Shown here: piece by piece, positions 44,129-53,666 of the stretch | Layout of the letters: each line of letters begins with the position of its first letter | Position numbering within the stretch: the first letter of the stretch is position 1 | Assembly (NCBI GenBank): GCA_021796225.1 | Contig: JAJYOL010000003.1 | Coordinates: 28,042 to 92,041 of the forward strand | Direction of reading: 5' to 3' | Length of the DNA stretch: 64,000 nt | DNA from: Candidatus Micrarchaeota archaeon | GTDB lineage: Archaea; Micrarchaeota; Micrarchaeia; Micrarchaeales; CABMGC01 | Program-made: the position numbers and the translations under genes | Notes under the pieces: model-generated | What the model was told of the DNA's origin: nothing | The model's database searches: none | The model's input: only the letters and a program-made list of their open reading frames with translations

Positions 44129-44920
44129 TCAGAGCCTCTTCTTGCCCTCCTGCTTGATTATGCCGGCGAAGAGTTCCGTCTGCTTCTTTGCACTTGTGGA
44201 GGATTCGATTGCTGTGCCTATCTGCACGCCGTCCGCGCCTGCACGAAGCGTGGTTTCGAGTGAATTCTTGTCTCTTATGCCTCCTGCAACAATGTAAGGA
44301 ACATCTATTATGTCCTTGACAGCGCGCACCATTTCAGGCGGAACAGGACCGGATCCTTGTGACTGCGGATTAGATCCGACATCGGTAATTATGATTCTGT
44401 TCCCAAGATACTGCCCTGCAAGTGCAAGACTTGCAGCAATTGACGGTTTGGTCCTAGGAACAAGATTCACGTCGCCAACCCACCCGACAGTTCCTCCAGG
44501 TGACACAACTATGTAACCGACTGAAAGTGGCTCTATCCCTATTTTCTTTATCACCGGAGCGGAGAGCATCTGCGCTTGCGTTATCCAGTAAGGATTTCTT
44601 GCATTCAGCAAGCTCATGAAATAAACTGCATCGGCATGCCTCGTAAGCGTAGCGATGTTCCCAGGGAAAAGAACTACAGGCGTTCCGCCGGCCTTGTCAA
44701 GTATCCCTTTCGTAACGGAATCGAGGAGTTCCCCCTGTGCACCTATGCTCCCCCCCACTAGCAGCACGTCTGCGCCGCCGTCTATGGCCTCTATTCCGGT
44801 CTTTATTGCAACGTCAGGGGACTTGTAATCGACAGGGTCTATGAGCATGAAAAGAAGTGCCCCTTGCTCTTCAAGCCTCTCGTTTATGTATCTTTCAACT
44901 TTTCCAATCTTAGCACTCAT
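44129..44920 (-). CDS. Geranylgeranylglyceryl phosphate synthase (PcrB/GGGPS family)
   Basis: LFMLIDPVD...GGADVLLVGGS...IVAGGIRD TIM-barrel phosphate-binding motifs. Confidence 0.8.
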   Translation of the reverse strand: MSAKIGKVERYINERLEEQGALLFMLIDPVDYKSPDVAIKTGIEAIDGGADVLLVGGSIGAQGELLDSVTKGILDKAGGTPVVLFPGNIATLTRHADAVYFMSLLNARNPYWITQAQMLSAPVIKKIGIEPLSVGYIVVSPGGTVGWVGDVNLVPRTKPSIAASLALAGQYLGNRIIITDVGSNPQSQGSGPVPPEMVRAVKDIIDVPYIVAGGIRDKNSLETTLRAGADGVQIGTAIESSTSAKKQTELFAGIIKQEGKKRL

Positions 44921-44939
44921 TTGATGACACCATGTATAA

Positions 44940-45926
44940 TCATTCGTTCTCTGGGTAGCCTGCACGCTCGAAAAACATCTCCGCGATGCGTTTCATTCCG
45001 GTCCCGATGTCGACCGAAGGCACAAATCGCAGTTTGTCCTTAAGCGCTGTAATGTCTATTGCCCTATCGCTTGTTATAAACCTTAGCTCATCGCTGTCAA
45101 GGCCTTTTGCCCTTGCAAGCATGCGCACGATAAGAGGACTCACGTGCCTGCTTGGCGTTGGAACCTTGAGCAGTTTTGCGGCCATTTCTATAAGGCCGCG
45201 CTGCGTGTGTATTTCTCCGTCTGCCAGGTTAAGTATGAGATTTTCCCTCTGCGTACTTTCGACCGCGGCTACGAACGCCTTTATGACATCGGTAATGTAA
45301 ATGAGTGCGAGCCTGTTGCTTCCCGCGCCTATTATGCTCATTTTTCCTTCCCGTATGGTCTTCAATATCTTGAAATAGGAACTTTCAAACCCGTGGCCGT
45401 ATATCGCGGCTATTCTGAATATTACGTAATGCATGTGCCCTGCATTTTCAATTATTTCCTGTTCGGCAAGCGCCTTTGATTTCCCATACAAATCGGTCGG
45501 CTGGACATGCGAATGTTCGGCCAGTATTTCGCGCCTCGCCCTTCCGTAAACGTCAACGCTGCTTGCAAACATGAGCTTCTTTACGCCGCTTTCCTTTGCG
45601 GCTTCAACCACGTTTCTGGTTCCGGCAACATTCGTGTTTATTAGGCTTGTTGAAGATTCCGCAGCCTGCGTCACTATTGCCGCAAGGTGTATTACAGTAT
45701 TGGCACCCTTGCACGCCGACAGAAGAACTTTTCTATCAGTGACATCGCCAAGATAAGGAATGGACCCCGCAGGAAGCCCCAATATGTGGCTCTTGTCCTT
45801 GACCAGCGCCCTTACGGTGTAGCCTTTGGAGATGAACTCGGCGGATATCATACGTCCAAGACGCCCTGCGGCACCGGTTACTAGTATGATACCTTTCGAG
45901 TCACGCGCCATTTTCATCATCTTCAT
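44940..45926 (-). CDS. NAD-dependent epimerase/dehydratase (extended SDR)
   Basis: ILVTGAAGRLG Rossmann motif and YGKSK (YxxxK). Confidence 0.8.
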   Translation of the reverse strand: MKMMKMARDSKGIILVTGAAGRLGRMISAEFISKGYTVRALVKDKSHILGLPAGSIPYLGDVTDRKVLLSACKGANTVIHLAAIVTQAAESSTSLINTNVAGTRNVVEAAKESGVKKLMFASSVDVYGRARREILAEHSHVQPTDLYGKSKALAEQEIIENAGHMHYVIFRIAAIYGHGFESSYFKILKTIREGKMSIIGAGSNRLALIYITDVIKAFVAAVESTQRENLILNLADGEIHTQRGLIEMAAKLLKVPTPSRHVSPLIVRMLARAKGLDSDELRFITSDRAIDITALKDKLRFVPSVDIGTGMKRIAEMFFERAGYPENE

Positions 45927-46731
45927 CGCTGAGAAGTTTGCTCGTTATAAACCGCACATACCCTTCAGGCACATTATTCATTGCATATGCGTGCCAGTCC
46001 TTTCCGAATGGGAGGTACGTGCTTATTCTGGACTTTCTCTTTGAAAGCTTCTTTGAGCTTGTTGCCTTCTGGCCGAGTTTGAATTCGAATATGACATTCT
46101 TGCGCAGATCCGGGTCCGTGAGGGATTTGTTTATCAACGATCCTGGAGCCGAAAACAAGACTATATTGCCCGCCGTTTTTGATATTTTTTTAATCCTGGC
46201 AAGCATGTGCTGCGATGCATCTGTTGCTGTATCAGTATCGGAGAACATTATTTTTATGGCTTTGACGTTTTGGCATTCGGCAAGGCACTTATCAATGTCT
46301 TTCGAGGATAGGGCAATGCCGTATCCTTTCATGTCAACGATGCTCTCGAGCCTCAAACCGTCGTTTTCCCGTATTTCAATCCATACGAATACGCCTGCCC
46401 TGTTAGCCGTACTTATTATGTTGCGAAGGTTATCGTAATCTTCAGTGCCGCTTATTTCGGGAAACAGCTGTGCAAGAGGCACCTGTATGCTGGCGCGGAT
46501 GCCTTTTCGTGATATCTGCCTTGCAAGTTCCTGATAAGTTGAGGATATGTATCGTGCCTTCGACTTTGAATCCACACTGTTGCTCAGAAATGTTATCGAT
46601 GCGTGGAAGTCCTTGTTATTCAGTTCTTTTGCTTTCTTCAGCGCTGAATTCATGGTTGTTCCTGCCACGTGTTTCTTAACAAGTCGGTAAAGGAGTCTGT
46701 CCATGAAAGAATCGTAAGCCAATAGCGCCAC
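45901..46731 (-). CDS. Proline dehydrogenase-family protein
   Basis: HVAGTTMNSALKKAKELN...ITFLSNSV and FEFKLG....YLPFGKDWHAYAMNNVPE align by eye with monofunctional PutA/ProDH (FEFQ.LYG...YVPYG.dWypYl.RR..E). Confidence 0.55.
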   Translation of the reverse strand: MALLAYDSFMDRLLYRLVKKHVAGTTMNSALKKAKELNNKDFHASITFLSNSVDSKSKARYISSTYQELARQISRKGIRASIQVPLAQLFPEISGTEDYDNLRNIISTANRAGVFVWIEIRENDGLRLESIVDMKGYGIALSSKDIDKCLAECQNVKAIKIMFSDTDTATDASQHMLARIKKISKTAGNIVLFSAPGSLINKSLTDPDLRKNVIFEFKLGQKATSSKKLSKRKSRISTYLPFGKDWHAYAMNNVPEGYVRFITSKLLSDEDDENGA

Positions 46732-46806
46732 CTGCGCCCGTCTCTGCCTTGCGAGGCGGAATTATATTATATACTCGAACAAGATAATAAATGAGTAGGT
46801 TATTGA

Positions 46807-48045
46807 ATGCTTACATTGTCAAAGAGCAGTGGAACTGGAGGCCGTATAAAGGAATTTCCGGAGGACTTCATTGTGAAAGAGATAACTTCGGGAGGGGTCA
46901 CTCTTGAGCCTGGAGTAAGATATGATGCGCAGGGGGTGGGCGATATCGAAAACCCCCAGGGGAAATTTTCCACTTTTGTCCTGCAGAAAAAGGATTGGAA
47001 TACGATTCAGGCATTGATAACCATAGCAAAAAAACTTGGAAGGGGTAAAAAATCCGTTTCTTATGCAGGCACGAAAGACCGAAAGGCGATTTCCGTGCAG
47101 CTGGCAAGCATATTCGGAGTGCTTCCTGAAGCCGTTGAGAAGGTTCGTGTAAAGGACATTTCGATAAACGGGGCTTGGAGAAGCGACGGCGTAGAGATGG
47201 GAGACAACATTGGAAACGCATTCGAAATAATTATAAGAGATGTGGCCAACGTTGATGCGGCTTCGCAGACTATTGAGGAACTGGGAGGCAGGATGCCGAA
47301 TTACTTTGACAGGCAGCGTTTCGGGGACAGGCTCGGAAATGCGGCAATCGGCCTTGATTTGATGAATGGCAGATTCGAGCAGGCTGCAATGCGAATACTT
47401 ACGGATACGACAGGAGAAACGAACGTTGCGGCTTCGGAAGCGAGAAGGAAGCTGGCAGAGGACATGGATTTTACGAAGGCATTGGAGTACTTTCCACGAT
47501 ACCTTAAGTCGGAAAGGGGCATGCTGCAGAATCTTGCGCAATATGGGAATTATGCCGGTGCCATACGCACGCTTCACAGAGGCATATCGATAATGTTCAT
47601 ACATGCGGTTGAATCGCTTGTTTTCAATATGGCACTTGAACAGCGTGTACGCGAATCGGATTTTGAATCGGGAATTTTCTGCCAGACGAGTGCATATGGA
47701 TTCCCAAATCCTGAAAAAATCACTTCAGAACGTTCAGAATTTCCTGCCGGAGCGCTTGTAGGATATCAGACGGAAGATTCGGCGATGGATGAGAGGACAA
47801 AAAAGGCAATGGAAAGGCTCGGCATAACAAAAGAAAGCTTCAGGATAAAGAGCATGCCGGAGCTTAGCATGAAGGGTTCATGCAGGCCGTTGCTCGCCCC
47901 GGTAAAAAGACTCATAATGGAGAACCAGGGAGATTCTTCTGTAAAGGTGTCTTTTTCAATACCATCAGGATCATACGCAACTGTGATGATAAACGAAATA
48001 ACGAAATCCGACAATCTTGATTTGGAATCCCTTATACCGAAATAA
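46807..48045 (+). CDS. truD: tRNA pseudouridine(13) synthase TruD/Pus7
   Basis: IKEFPEDFIVKEI, YAGTKDRKAISVQ (catalytic Asp motif) and NYFDRQRFG. Confidence 0.85.
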   Translation: MLTLSKSSGTGGRIKEFPEDFIVKEITSGGVTLEPGVRYDAQGVGDIENPQGKFSTFVLQKKDWNTIQALITIAKKLGRGKKSVSYAGTKDRKAISVQLASIFGVLPEAVEKVRVKDISINGAWRSDGVEMGDNIGNAFEIIIRDVANVDAASQTIEELGGRMPNYFDRQRFGDRLGNAAIGLDLMNGRFEQAAMRILTDTTGETNVAASEARRKLAEDMDFTKALEYFPRYLKSERGMLQNLAQYGNYAGAIRTLHRGISIMFIHAVESLVFNMALEQRVRESDFESGIFCQTSAYGFPNPEKITSERSEFPAGALVGYQTEDSAMDERTKKAMERLGITKESFRIKSMPELSMKGSCRPLLAPVKRLIMENQGDSSVKVSFSIPSGSYATVMINEITKSDNLDLESLIPK

Positions 48046-48057
48046 AAAATTAAATTA

Positions 48058-48171
48058 CGCCGGGACTGGGAATTTCAGAAAGGTATTCTTTTGAACCCAG
48101 AAGGCTTTTGGCCACCAGATCTCGAGTTTCGCCATAAATTCTGGCGCAATACCTGGTTCTGCCATCCCGGC
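48058..48171 (-). tRNA. tRNA-Ser (anticodon CGA), type II, with two predicted introns (13 nt in the anticodon stem region and 18 nt in the T-loop)
   Basis: The minus strand has acceptor GCCGGGA/TCCCGGC with G73, D stem GCA/TGC, and anticodon stem CCAGA/TCTGG enclosing 20 nt. The variable arm is TGGCCAAAAGCCTT. T stem CTGGG/CCCAG encloses 25 nt folded as a BHB. The spliced product is 83 nt with anticodon loop CTCGAGA and T-loop TTCAAAT. Confidence 0.75.
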
Positions 48172-48191
48172 ACAATAAATGACACGGAAAA

Positions 48192-48206
48192 GATATTATA
48201 AGTTAA
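48192..48206 (-). promoter_or_regulatory. Putative TATA box for tRNA-Ser
   Basis: The minus strand reads AACTTATAATATC, centred about 27 nt upstream of tRNA position 1 (48171). Confidence 0.45.
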
Positions 48207-48338
48207 GGTATGACGCCGCAGTGCCGATGTCGGCCGTTTTGGCAAAAAACCGTGCACTCTGAAAGGAATTTAAAAGTGATTGTGCAATATAGATATGCCA
48301 GTGTATATATTTCTAAATTTCATCTTTGATGGTAAATA

Positions 48339-49889
48339 ATGAACGTAAAGAAAGGCAGCAGCAGAATGCGGTTCTTTGGCATGCTAGTGTTCTTAGTTCT
48401 TACTATGCTCGGATTCGCCATATCCGCTTATCTGATACTGAACGCTTCGACGATATACACGTATGTACTCGCCATTCTTTTCCTGATTTTATCCACCGTT
48501 TCTGGATTGTTTAACACGGCCACATCATATTGGTATTACCGCTCTTATTTCTACGACAAGCATCTTGAAGGGATAAACAAAACGCTCTCCCCGATGACTT
48601 CGTTTCCTTCAGTTGCAATAGCAATGCCGACTTTCAACGAAAACCCGAAGATGGTCGAAAAGAACATGCTCAGGTTGAAACAGCTCAATTATCCTGCAAA
48701 TAAAATGGCATTTTATCTCCTTGACGATTCGACAAACAAGGAAATTGCGGAAGAACTGAAGACATTCAGCAAACAGAACGGCATAAAGTACCTGCACAGA
48801 ACCGACAGGAAGGGATACAAGGCTGGAGCACTTAACAACATGCTTTCCAAGTCGAAAGAAGATTACATTGCAATATTTGATTATGACGAATACATCGTGA
48901 ACAAGAATTTCCTAAGGGATACGCTTCCTTATTTCCAAGACAAGAAAATGTCGTATATTCAAACCGAAAAGCGATATGCCGACGGCACATTCTTTTCCGA
49001 GACCATAAACCTGTTTGACGGTTTCTTCTTCAAATTCGTCCAGCCGGCACGCGCGCTCAACAACACGGCAATATTCGCAGGATCATGCGGTGTTATAAGA
49101 AGGAGCGCGCTCGACGCCATAGGAGGATTTCCGGAATACGTTATCGAGGACACGTTCTTCAGCTTCGAATCGGACATAAACAAATACAAAAGTATTTATC
49201 TCCCGAAAGTTTACGCGCTCGGCAAGCCGATACGAAGCTTCAGCGAACTTGCAAAACAGCAGTGGAGATACAATTACGGCGATACGCAATTTCTAAGATA
49301 CTTTTTTGTAAGGAAAAACGCCAGCAAAAAACTGCTTACCACCCTGTCTAAAATCGATTACATGACCCATGGTTTCGGATTGAATTATCTTTCGTCAATG
49401 CTTTTGCTTTTCACCCTCACTTCGATACTCATAGTGTTTTCGAATTACCCGATAGCGCATATAGGGATAAAGCAGTTTATCAGCCAAAGCAACCTCAATA
49501 TGGAACTAGAATTGTTCGGAGTCGGTGCCCTCATAACTTCCATAATAACGCCGATAATTCTCACTAAGACGTACTTCGGGTCCGCCAAGAAGGGATTCAT
49601 GGTGTTCCTGGTCAATTTTGCGCTCGTATTCATAAGAACGAAGGCCGCAATGAGTGCTGTTCTGAGCATCAGTCCGAAGAAGAAATGGGTCAGAATAGAC
49701 AAGGAAGGCATAAAGAACGGAGTCGTTGCCGCAGCAAGAAACTCGATTTTCGAGATACTGTTCGCGGCGCTTCTGTTCGTTCTGGGTGGAGCCGCAATAA
49801 TGATAGATAATCTTTCAGGGGGGTTGTGGCTCGTATGGTACGGGGTGCTCTATAGCACAACATTTTATTTCTTTTACAGGTATGGATAA
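48339..49889 (+). CDS. Processive GT2 beta-glycosyltransferase (cellulose/chitin/hyaluronan synthase-like) with integral membrane domain
   Basis: VAIAMPTFNE, LLDDSTN, IFDYDEY (DxD), VIEDTFFS (ED) and a KQQWRYNYG (QxxRW-like) motif. TM helices flank the GT-A core. Confidence 0.75.
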   Translation: MNVKKGSSRMRFFGMLVFLVLTMLGFAISAYLILNASTIYTYVLAILFLILSTVSGLFNTATSYWYYRSYFYDKHLEGINKTLSPMTSFPSVAIAMPTFNENPKMVEKNMLRLKQLNYPANKMAFYLLDDSTNKEIAEELKTFSKQNGIKYLHRTDRKGYKAGALNNMLSKSKEDYIAIFDYDEYIVNKNFLRDTLPYFQDKKMSYIQTEKRYADGTFFSETINLFDGFFFKFVQPARALNNTAIFAGSCGVIRRSALDAIGGFPEYVIEDTFFSFESDINKYKSIYLPKVYALGKPIRSFSELAKQQWRYNYGDTQFLRYFFVRKNASKKLLTTLSKIDYMTHGFGLNYLSSMLLLFTLTSILIVFSNYPIAHIGIKQFISQSNLNMELELFGVGALITSIITPIILTKTYFGSAKKGFMVFLVNFALVFIRTKAAMSAVLSISPKKKWVRIDKEGIKNGVVAAARNSIFEILFAALLFVLGGAAIMIDNLSGGLWLVWYGVLYSTTFYFFYRYG

Positions 49890-49891
49890 TC

Positions 49892-50200
49892 ATGATATAC
49901 GTCAAGCAGCACAACACCGAGAAAGGAAGAATAATAGCGATGTGCGACGAAGGAGTCGTAGGAAAGGTGCTTACGGAAGGAGCGCGCGAGATAGACCTTC
50001 AGAAATATTCGGATTTTTACAAGGGCAAACTTATTACCCCTGAACAGGCGGAAGAAGAAATAGGTGAAGATCCATTCTTTTCCGCAAACATAGTCGGAAA
50101 GGACGCAGTTGACGTTTTCATAAAGAAAGGAGTCGTACAGCAGGAAAGCGTCAGCACGATTGCAGGCGTGCCTTTCGTGCATATATACTCTATCGAATGA
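49892..50200 (+). CDS. DUF424-family protein
   Basis: MIYVKQHNTEKGRIIAMCDEGVVGKVL...FYKGKLIT resembles archaeal DUF424. Confidence 0.6.
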   Translation: MIYVKQHNTEKGRIIAMCDEGVVGKVLTEGAREIDLQKYSDFYKGKLITPEQAEEEIGEDPFFSANIVGKDAVDVFIKKGVVQQESVSTIAGVPFVHIYSIE

Positions 50201-50238
50201 ATAGGCCGCACATGCCTTTCATGATCCGATCTGTGGTT

Positions 50239-51390
50239 TCAGGTTCCTCCTTCGCGGATTTTCCTTATTTCCCGTGCTTCTCTTGATCTTAGCACTATAT
50301 ACAAAATGAGCAGGATTGCTAGAACCAGTGCTATGTACCACCATTTTGACATCTGCAATGAAGGCGTTGTGCCTTTTGTCTGCGAACTTGTCGTGGCATG
50401 GTCCGGAGTTGAAACCGACGTTGATGCACTATACAGCTGACTTTCGCATGCGGTTATCGCGGATGCGACTTCGGACTGCAATGACTGCGCCTCTGAGAAA
50501 TATTGCGTCGACGAATCGAGTGTGTTCACTATCTGGTAGTTTCTAACTTGTGCTATGCTCGCATTCAGCTTTGCAGCCTTGGCGGCATTGCACTGATTTA
50601 GTATGTTGGAATTCGTATTGAAGGATGACGAGGCATTTGCAAGCATTTCCTCTCCGCCGACTATGTTGTTGATTATCTTGTTTGAATTGGCCTGAAATAC
50701 GTTGTACTGCGGCAATATTGCATTCAGTGTCTGGTTTGCAAGCGTCGAATTCGTATACGCCTGCTGTGCGTAGTAGCTATCCATGTCGAACGTTGCGTTT
50801 ACCACGTATCCTTTTGCGGTTGAAAGCGCCCCGCTTATCTCGGAATTGCATATGAAATAGGTGCTGCAAACGTAATCGTATACGGAAGCCATGTTGGTAT
50901 ACTGCGAAAGCGTGCTGTTGTACAACCCGACTATTGGGATTATGCTCGAGTTTATGTAGTGCGTTATGGAAACGGGGAATGTGTGGTTGTATGAAATCTG
51001 GGGATACTTGTTTGACACGAGCCTTATCGTTATGTTCTCGTTTATAGTGCCGTTAAGAGCCGTGAATGGAATCGGCGGGAGCGTTACGAAGCATACGGAA
51101 GTGGTGCTGCTCGAAACGGTGCATGGCATGCCGTACGCATTTACCGGAGAGCTTATGTTCTCGTGCTGTACCGCATAGGCGGTAAAATTGCCATAATAAT
51201 AGTAAGGATACTGTTGGGAAGAAATAGCGAAGCTTGTGACTATCGACATTCCGTCAGGGCAGGTTATGTTGGAAGGAGTGTACTGAAGGCATTTTGCAGT
51301 GGCTCCTGAGTATATCTGCGATACGTTCAATGCGTATGCGTTTGTTGCCAGAAGCAGCAGTGCTAAAATTGCTATGTTAAGGGTCCTCAT
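50239..51390 (-). CDS. Secreted, C-terminally anchored surface glycoprotein candidate
   Basis: Signal peptide MRTLNIAILALLLLATNAYA, about 14 N-x-S/T sequons, a Ser/Thr-rich linker, then the TM helix WWYIALVLAILLILYIVL and a basic tail. Confidence 0.55.
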   Translation of the reverse strand: MRTLNIAILALLLLATNAYALNVSQIYSGATAKCLQYTPSNITCPDGMSIVTSFAISSQQYPYYYYGNFTAYAVQHENISSPVNAYGMPCTVSSSTTSVCFVTLPPIPFTALNGTINENITIRLVSNKYPQISYNHTFPVSITHYINSSIIPIVGLYNSTLSQYTNMASVYDYVCSTYFICNSEISGALSTAKGYVVNATFDMDSYYAQQAYTNSTLANQTLNAILPQYNVFQANSNKIINNIVGGEEMLANASSSFNTNSNILNQCNAAKAAKLNASIAQVRNYQIVNTLDSSTQYFSEAQSLQSEVASAITACESQLYSASTSVSTPDHATTSSQTKGTTPSLQMSKWWYIALVLAILLILYIVLRSREAREIRKIREGGT

Positions 51391-51427
51391 TCAGGATCAC
51401 GCAATACCCTTCTAATTGGTTTAACTA

Positions 51428-52063
51428 CTATAAATGTATTGCGTATGTGTTTCTAAAAACCCGTTTGCCGCTCTTGATCCCGTATAGCGTAAATGAAGTT
51501 GTCGCATGCAATTGCATATGGGATATCATCGCGCTTGCCACGGTTTTGCTGCTTACGAAAAGGTTCTTCCCCGTATCAACATCCTCAGTTTTGGAAATGA
51601 ACGCGGAACTCTTGCTTATGTAACGGGACATGCGCTGCGCCATTCTTTCAACGCGGTCGCTCTGGCCGCGCAGTTGAATCTGCGCTTCCCAATATCCGCT
51701 TGCGAGTTTGTAACAGTCGTCGCACGTGCGCGTTTTCATTTTGAGTTCGACTTCCTTCTCTGCAGAAAGTCCTGGTTCGTGTTCCGGATCCGTGACGTCA
51801 AGCAGCGCGTTGTGCTCGTCGTAATCTATCAACTGTATGACATAACCTTTGAGCTTCTGCGCAATGGCATCTGCAATCGCTTGCGGGCCTGCAGGCACGA
51901 ATCGGCCGCTTACCCACACTCTGCCGCAGCGTTTGCATCGCTCGACTTCCACCAGTTTAGGCAGCTTGTCATGCAATCGTTTCGATGCACATACCTCGCA
52001 AAAACCGCCGTAGAATTTGAAATCCTTGTCGGACCTGTCACATGTTGCGCAATGGCGTGGCAT
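51428..52063 (-). CDS. NMD3-family protein (archaeal short form)
   Basis: Two CxxC pairs (CATCDR...CEVC) and CKRCGRVW at the N-terminus, as in NMD3 zinc-binding domains. Confidence 0.5.
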   Translation of the reverse strand: MPRHCATCDRSDKDFKFYGGFCEVCASKRLHDKLPKLVEVERCKRCGRVWVSGRFVPAGPQAIADAIAQKLKGYVIQLIDYDEHNALLDVTDPEHEPGLSAEKEVELKMKTRTCDDCYKLASGYWEAQIQLRGQSDRVERMAQRMSRYISKSSAFISKTEDVDTGKNLFVSSKTVASAMISHMQLHATTSFTLYGIKSGKRVFRNTYAIHL

Positions 52064-52069
52064 CTTTCA

Positions 52070-53665
52070 TCACTTCGAATAGTGCTTAGCCAGTATGCTC
52101 CCATATGCTGGCCTCGTTACGAACGCACCTAGAAGCGCACCGGCTATCGTTGATTCTGCAAAACCAACCACCGTCGTAAGGGATGTTGAGAAGAAAAGAG
52201 GCACCATTGCTATGAAAAGAAGCGCCGCGTCTGCCCATATTATGTAGAATGCCTTGCTGAGCCTGCTTTTCGTGGATCCTTCTTCTGAGGAATGGTGGAC
52301 GAGCAGTTCGTCCGATATTATGATTTGTGCGTCGACTCCGGTACCTACCACCGCTATCATTCCCGCCACAGCGGCAAGATCTATTCCTCCGGCGAGACCG
52401 AGTATCGATGCGATTATGAAAAGTTCACCGAGTGTCGTTAGAATTATCGGGCCTATCAGGAAGAGCTTTTTGTATCTTACAACTATGACAATCGTCACGG
52501 CGATTACCGAAAGCAGTGCAGCTATCCCGCTTATCAAAGCCGCGCGCTTTCCGAGCGTAGGAGGTATTGTTATTGGTGCACCCACCGTTACCTGCACAGG
52601 AAGCGACCCTCCTTTCAATATGCTTGATATCGTCTTTCCTTCCTGTACGGAATAATTGAGCTGCTGCGCCTGCGTCATGTTTGACGGAGCAGGTCCCGAT
52701 ATCTGATAGTTCTGCGATATGGAACCGTCGGCAACGCTTGGCTGCAGTATCGGAGCGGAGAGAAGTCCTATCGCGGGCCATGACGTTACGAACGGAGCGG
52801 TTACCGCGCCTGTCGATGTCTGTGATGCGGTGATTACAGGAGTCATGTTCTGCGGGCTCTTCTCCGTAACAGTGTAATTCAAAGCTGAAATGTTATCGAT
52901 AACGAATTGCGGCGTATCGGTTGACAGTATTATCTTTGAGTACCTGCCCCTTTCGGAAGAAAGCACGGAATAAATAGTATTGAGGTTTGACATGTTGGAA
53001 TTGAGCGTTTCTATGAGAAGGCTCTGGTTCCCAAGCGCCACCGCTTCCTGAAGCGCGAGCATCTGTCGATTCTTGGTTACCCCAGTCTGCAAATTGGAAA
53101 GATATGATGAATTGATTAGGATTATGGAATTCGTAGGTCTGTCGAGGAACAGGTACAGAGGCTGGTTTCCCTGCCCGAGTGCGACCTTTGAAAATCTTAC
53201 CGCTGCGTTTGGAGTTATGAGGAAGCTCACCTGCCACGTCACGTTGTGCAGACCGGAATTCATTTCCCTTGAAGATACGCTGGAGCCTATTATCCCGGTG
53301 CCGTTTATCGCTTCCTTTCCTCCGACTATTCCCTGGAAAATTCCCTGATTTTCTATTATGCGTATCGTACGCTGTATCGAAATATTTGAAGCGTTTGGCA
53401 GCTGTACTATGATTTCCGAACCGCCCTGTCCGTAAACGGAAGGATTGCTTAATCCGAATGAGGATATTCTCTGTGTGATGATTCCAGTGATGATACTCAT
53501 GTTCTGTTGGCTTACGCTGTGTTCCAGAAGCACCGGTATCTGAACTCCGCCTGCGAAGTCTATCCCGAGATGTATCCCGTAAACTATGTCAAGAATTGCG
53601 AAGAGCGCTATCAAAAGTAGGAAAGCGAGTATCCTTATCTCTTTTAAGTAATCGACGATCCCCAT
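52070..53665 (-). CDS. secD: Protein-export membrane protein SecD
   Basis: One N-terminal TM, a ~330-aa extracytoplasmic domain and five C-terminal TMs with GTGVDAQIIISDE. Confidence 0.8.
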   Translation of the reverse strand: MGIVDYLKEIRILAFLLLIALFAILDIVYGIHLGIDFAGGVQIPVLLEHSVSQQNMSIITGIITQRISSFGLSNPSVYGQGGSEIIVQLPNASNISIQRTIRIIENQGIFQGIVGGKEAINGTGIIGSSVSSREMNSGLHNVTWQVSFLITPNAAVRFSKVALGQGNQPLYLFLDRPTNSIILINSSYLSNLQTGVTKNRQMLALQEAVALGNQSLLIETLNSNMSNLNTIYSVLSSERGRYSKIILSTDTPQFVIDNISALNYTVTEKSPQNMTPVITASQTSTGAVTAPFVTSWPAIGLLSAPILQPSVADGSISQNYQISGPAPSNMTQAQQLNYSVQEGKTISSILKGGSLPVQVTVGAPITIPPTLGKRAALISGIAALLSVIAVTIVIVVRYKKLFLIGPIILTTLGELFIIASILGLAGGIDLAAVAGMIAVVGTGVDAQIIISDELLVHHSSEEGSTKSRLSKAFYIIWADAALLFIAMVPLFFSTSLTTVVGFAESTIAGALLGAFVTRPAYGSILAKHYSK

Positions 53666-53666
53666 T

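Noticed and set aside
46819-47604. 261-aa minus-strand ORF inside truD.
   Set aside because: It is antisense to a gene with the catalytic GTKDRKA motif. Its R/S/C-rich composition marks it as a shadow frame.
48115-48144. Canonical 37/38 intron model for the tRNA at 48 kb. This keeps ATTTAT as loop positions 32-37 and gives anticodon UUA.
   Set aside because: It would give A32, U37 and a stop-codon-reading anticodon. The alternative splice leaves CUCGAGA (U33, anticodon CGA, G37), which matches the type II variable arm and G73 expected for tRNA-Ser.
48075-48257. 60-aa minus-strand ORF in the truD to GT2 intergenic region.
   Set aside because: The region is better explained by the two-intron tRNA-Ser (48058-48171) and its promoter.
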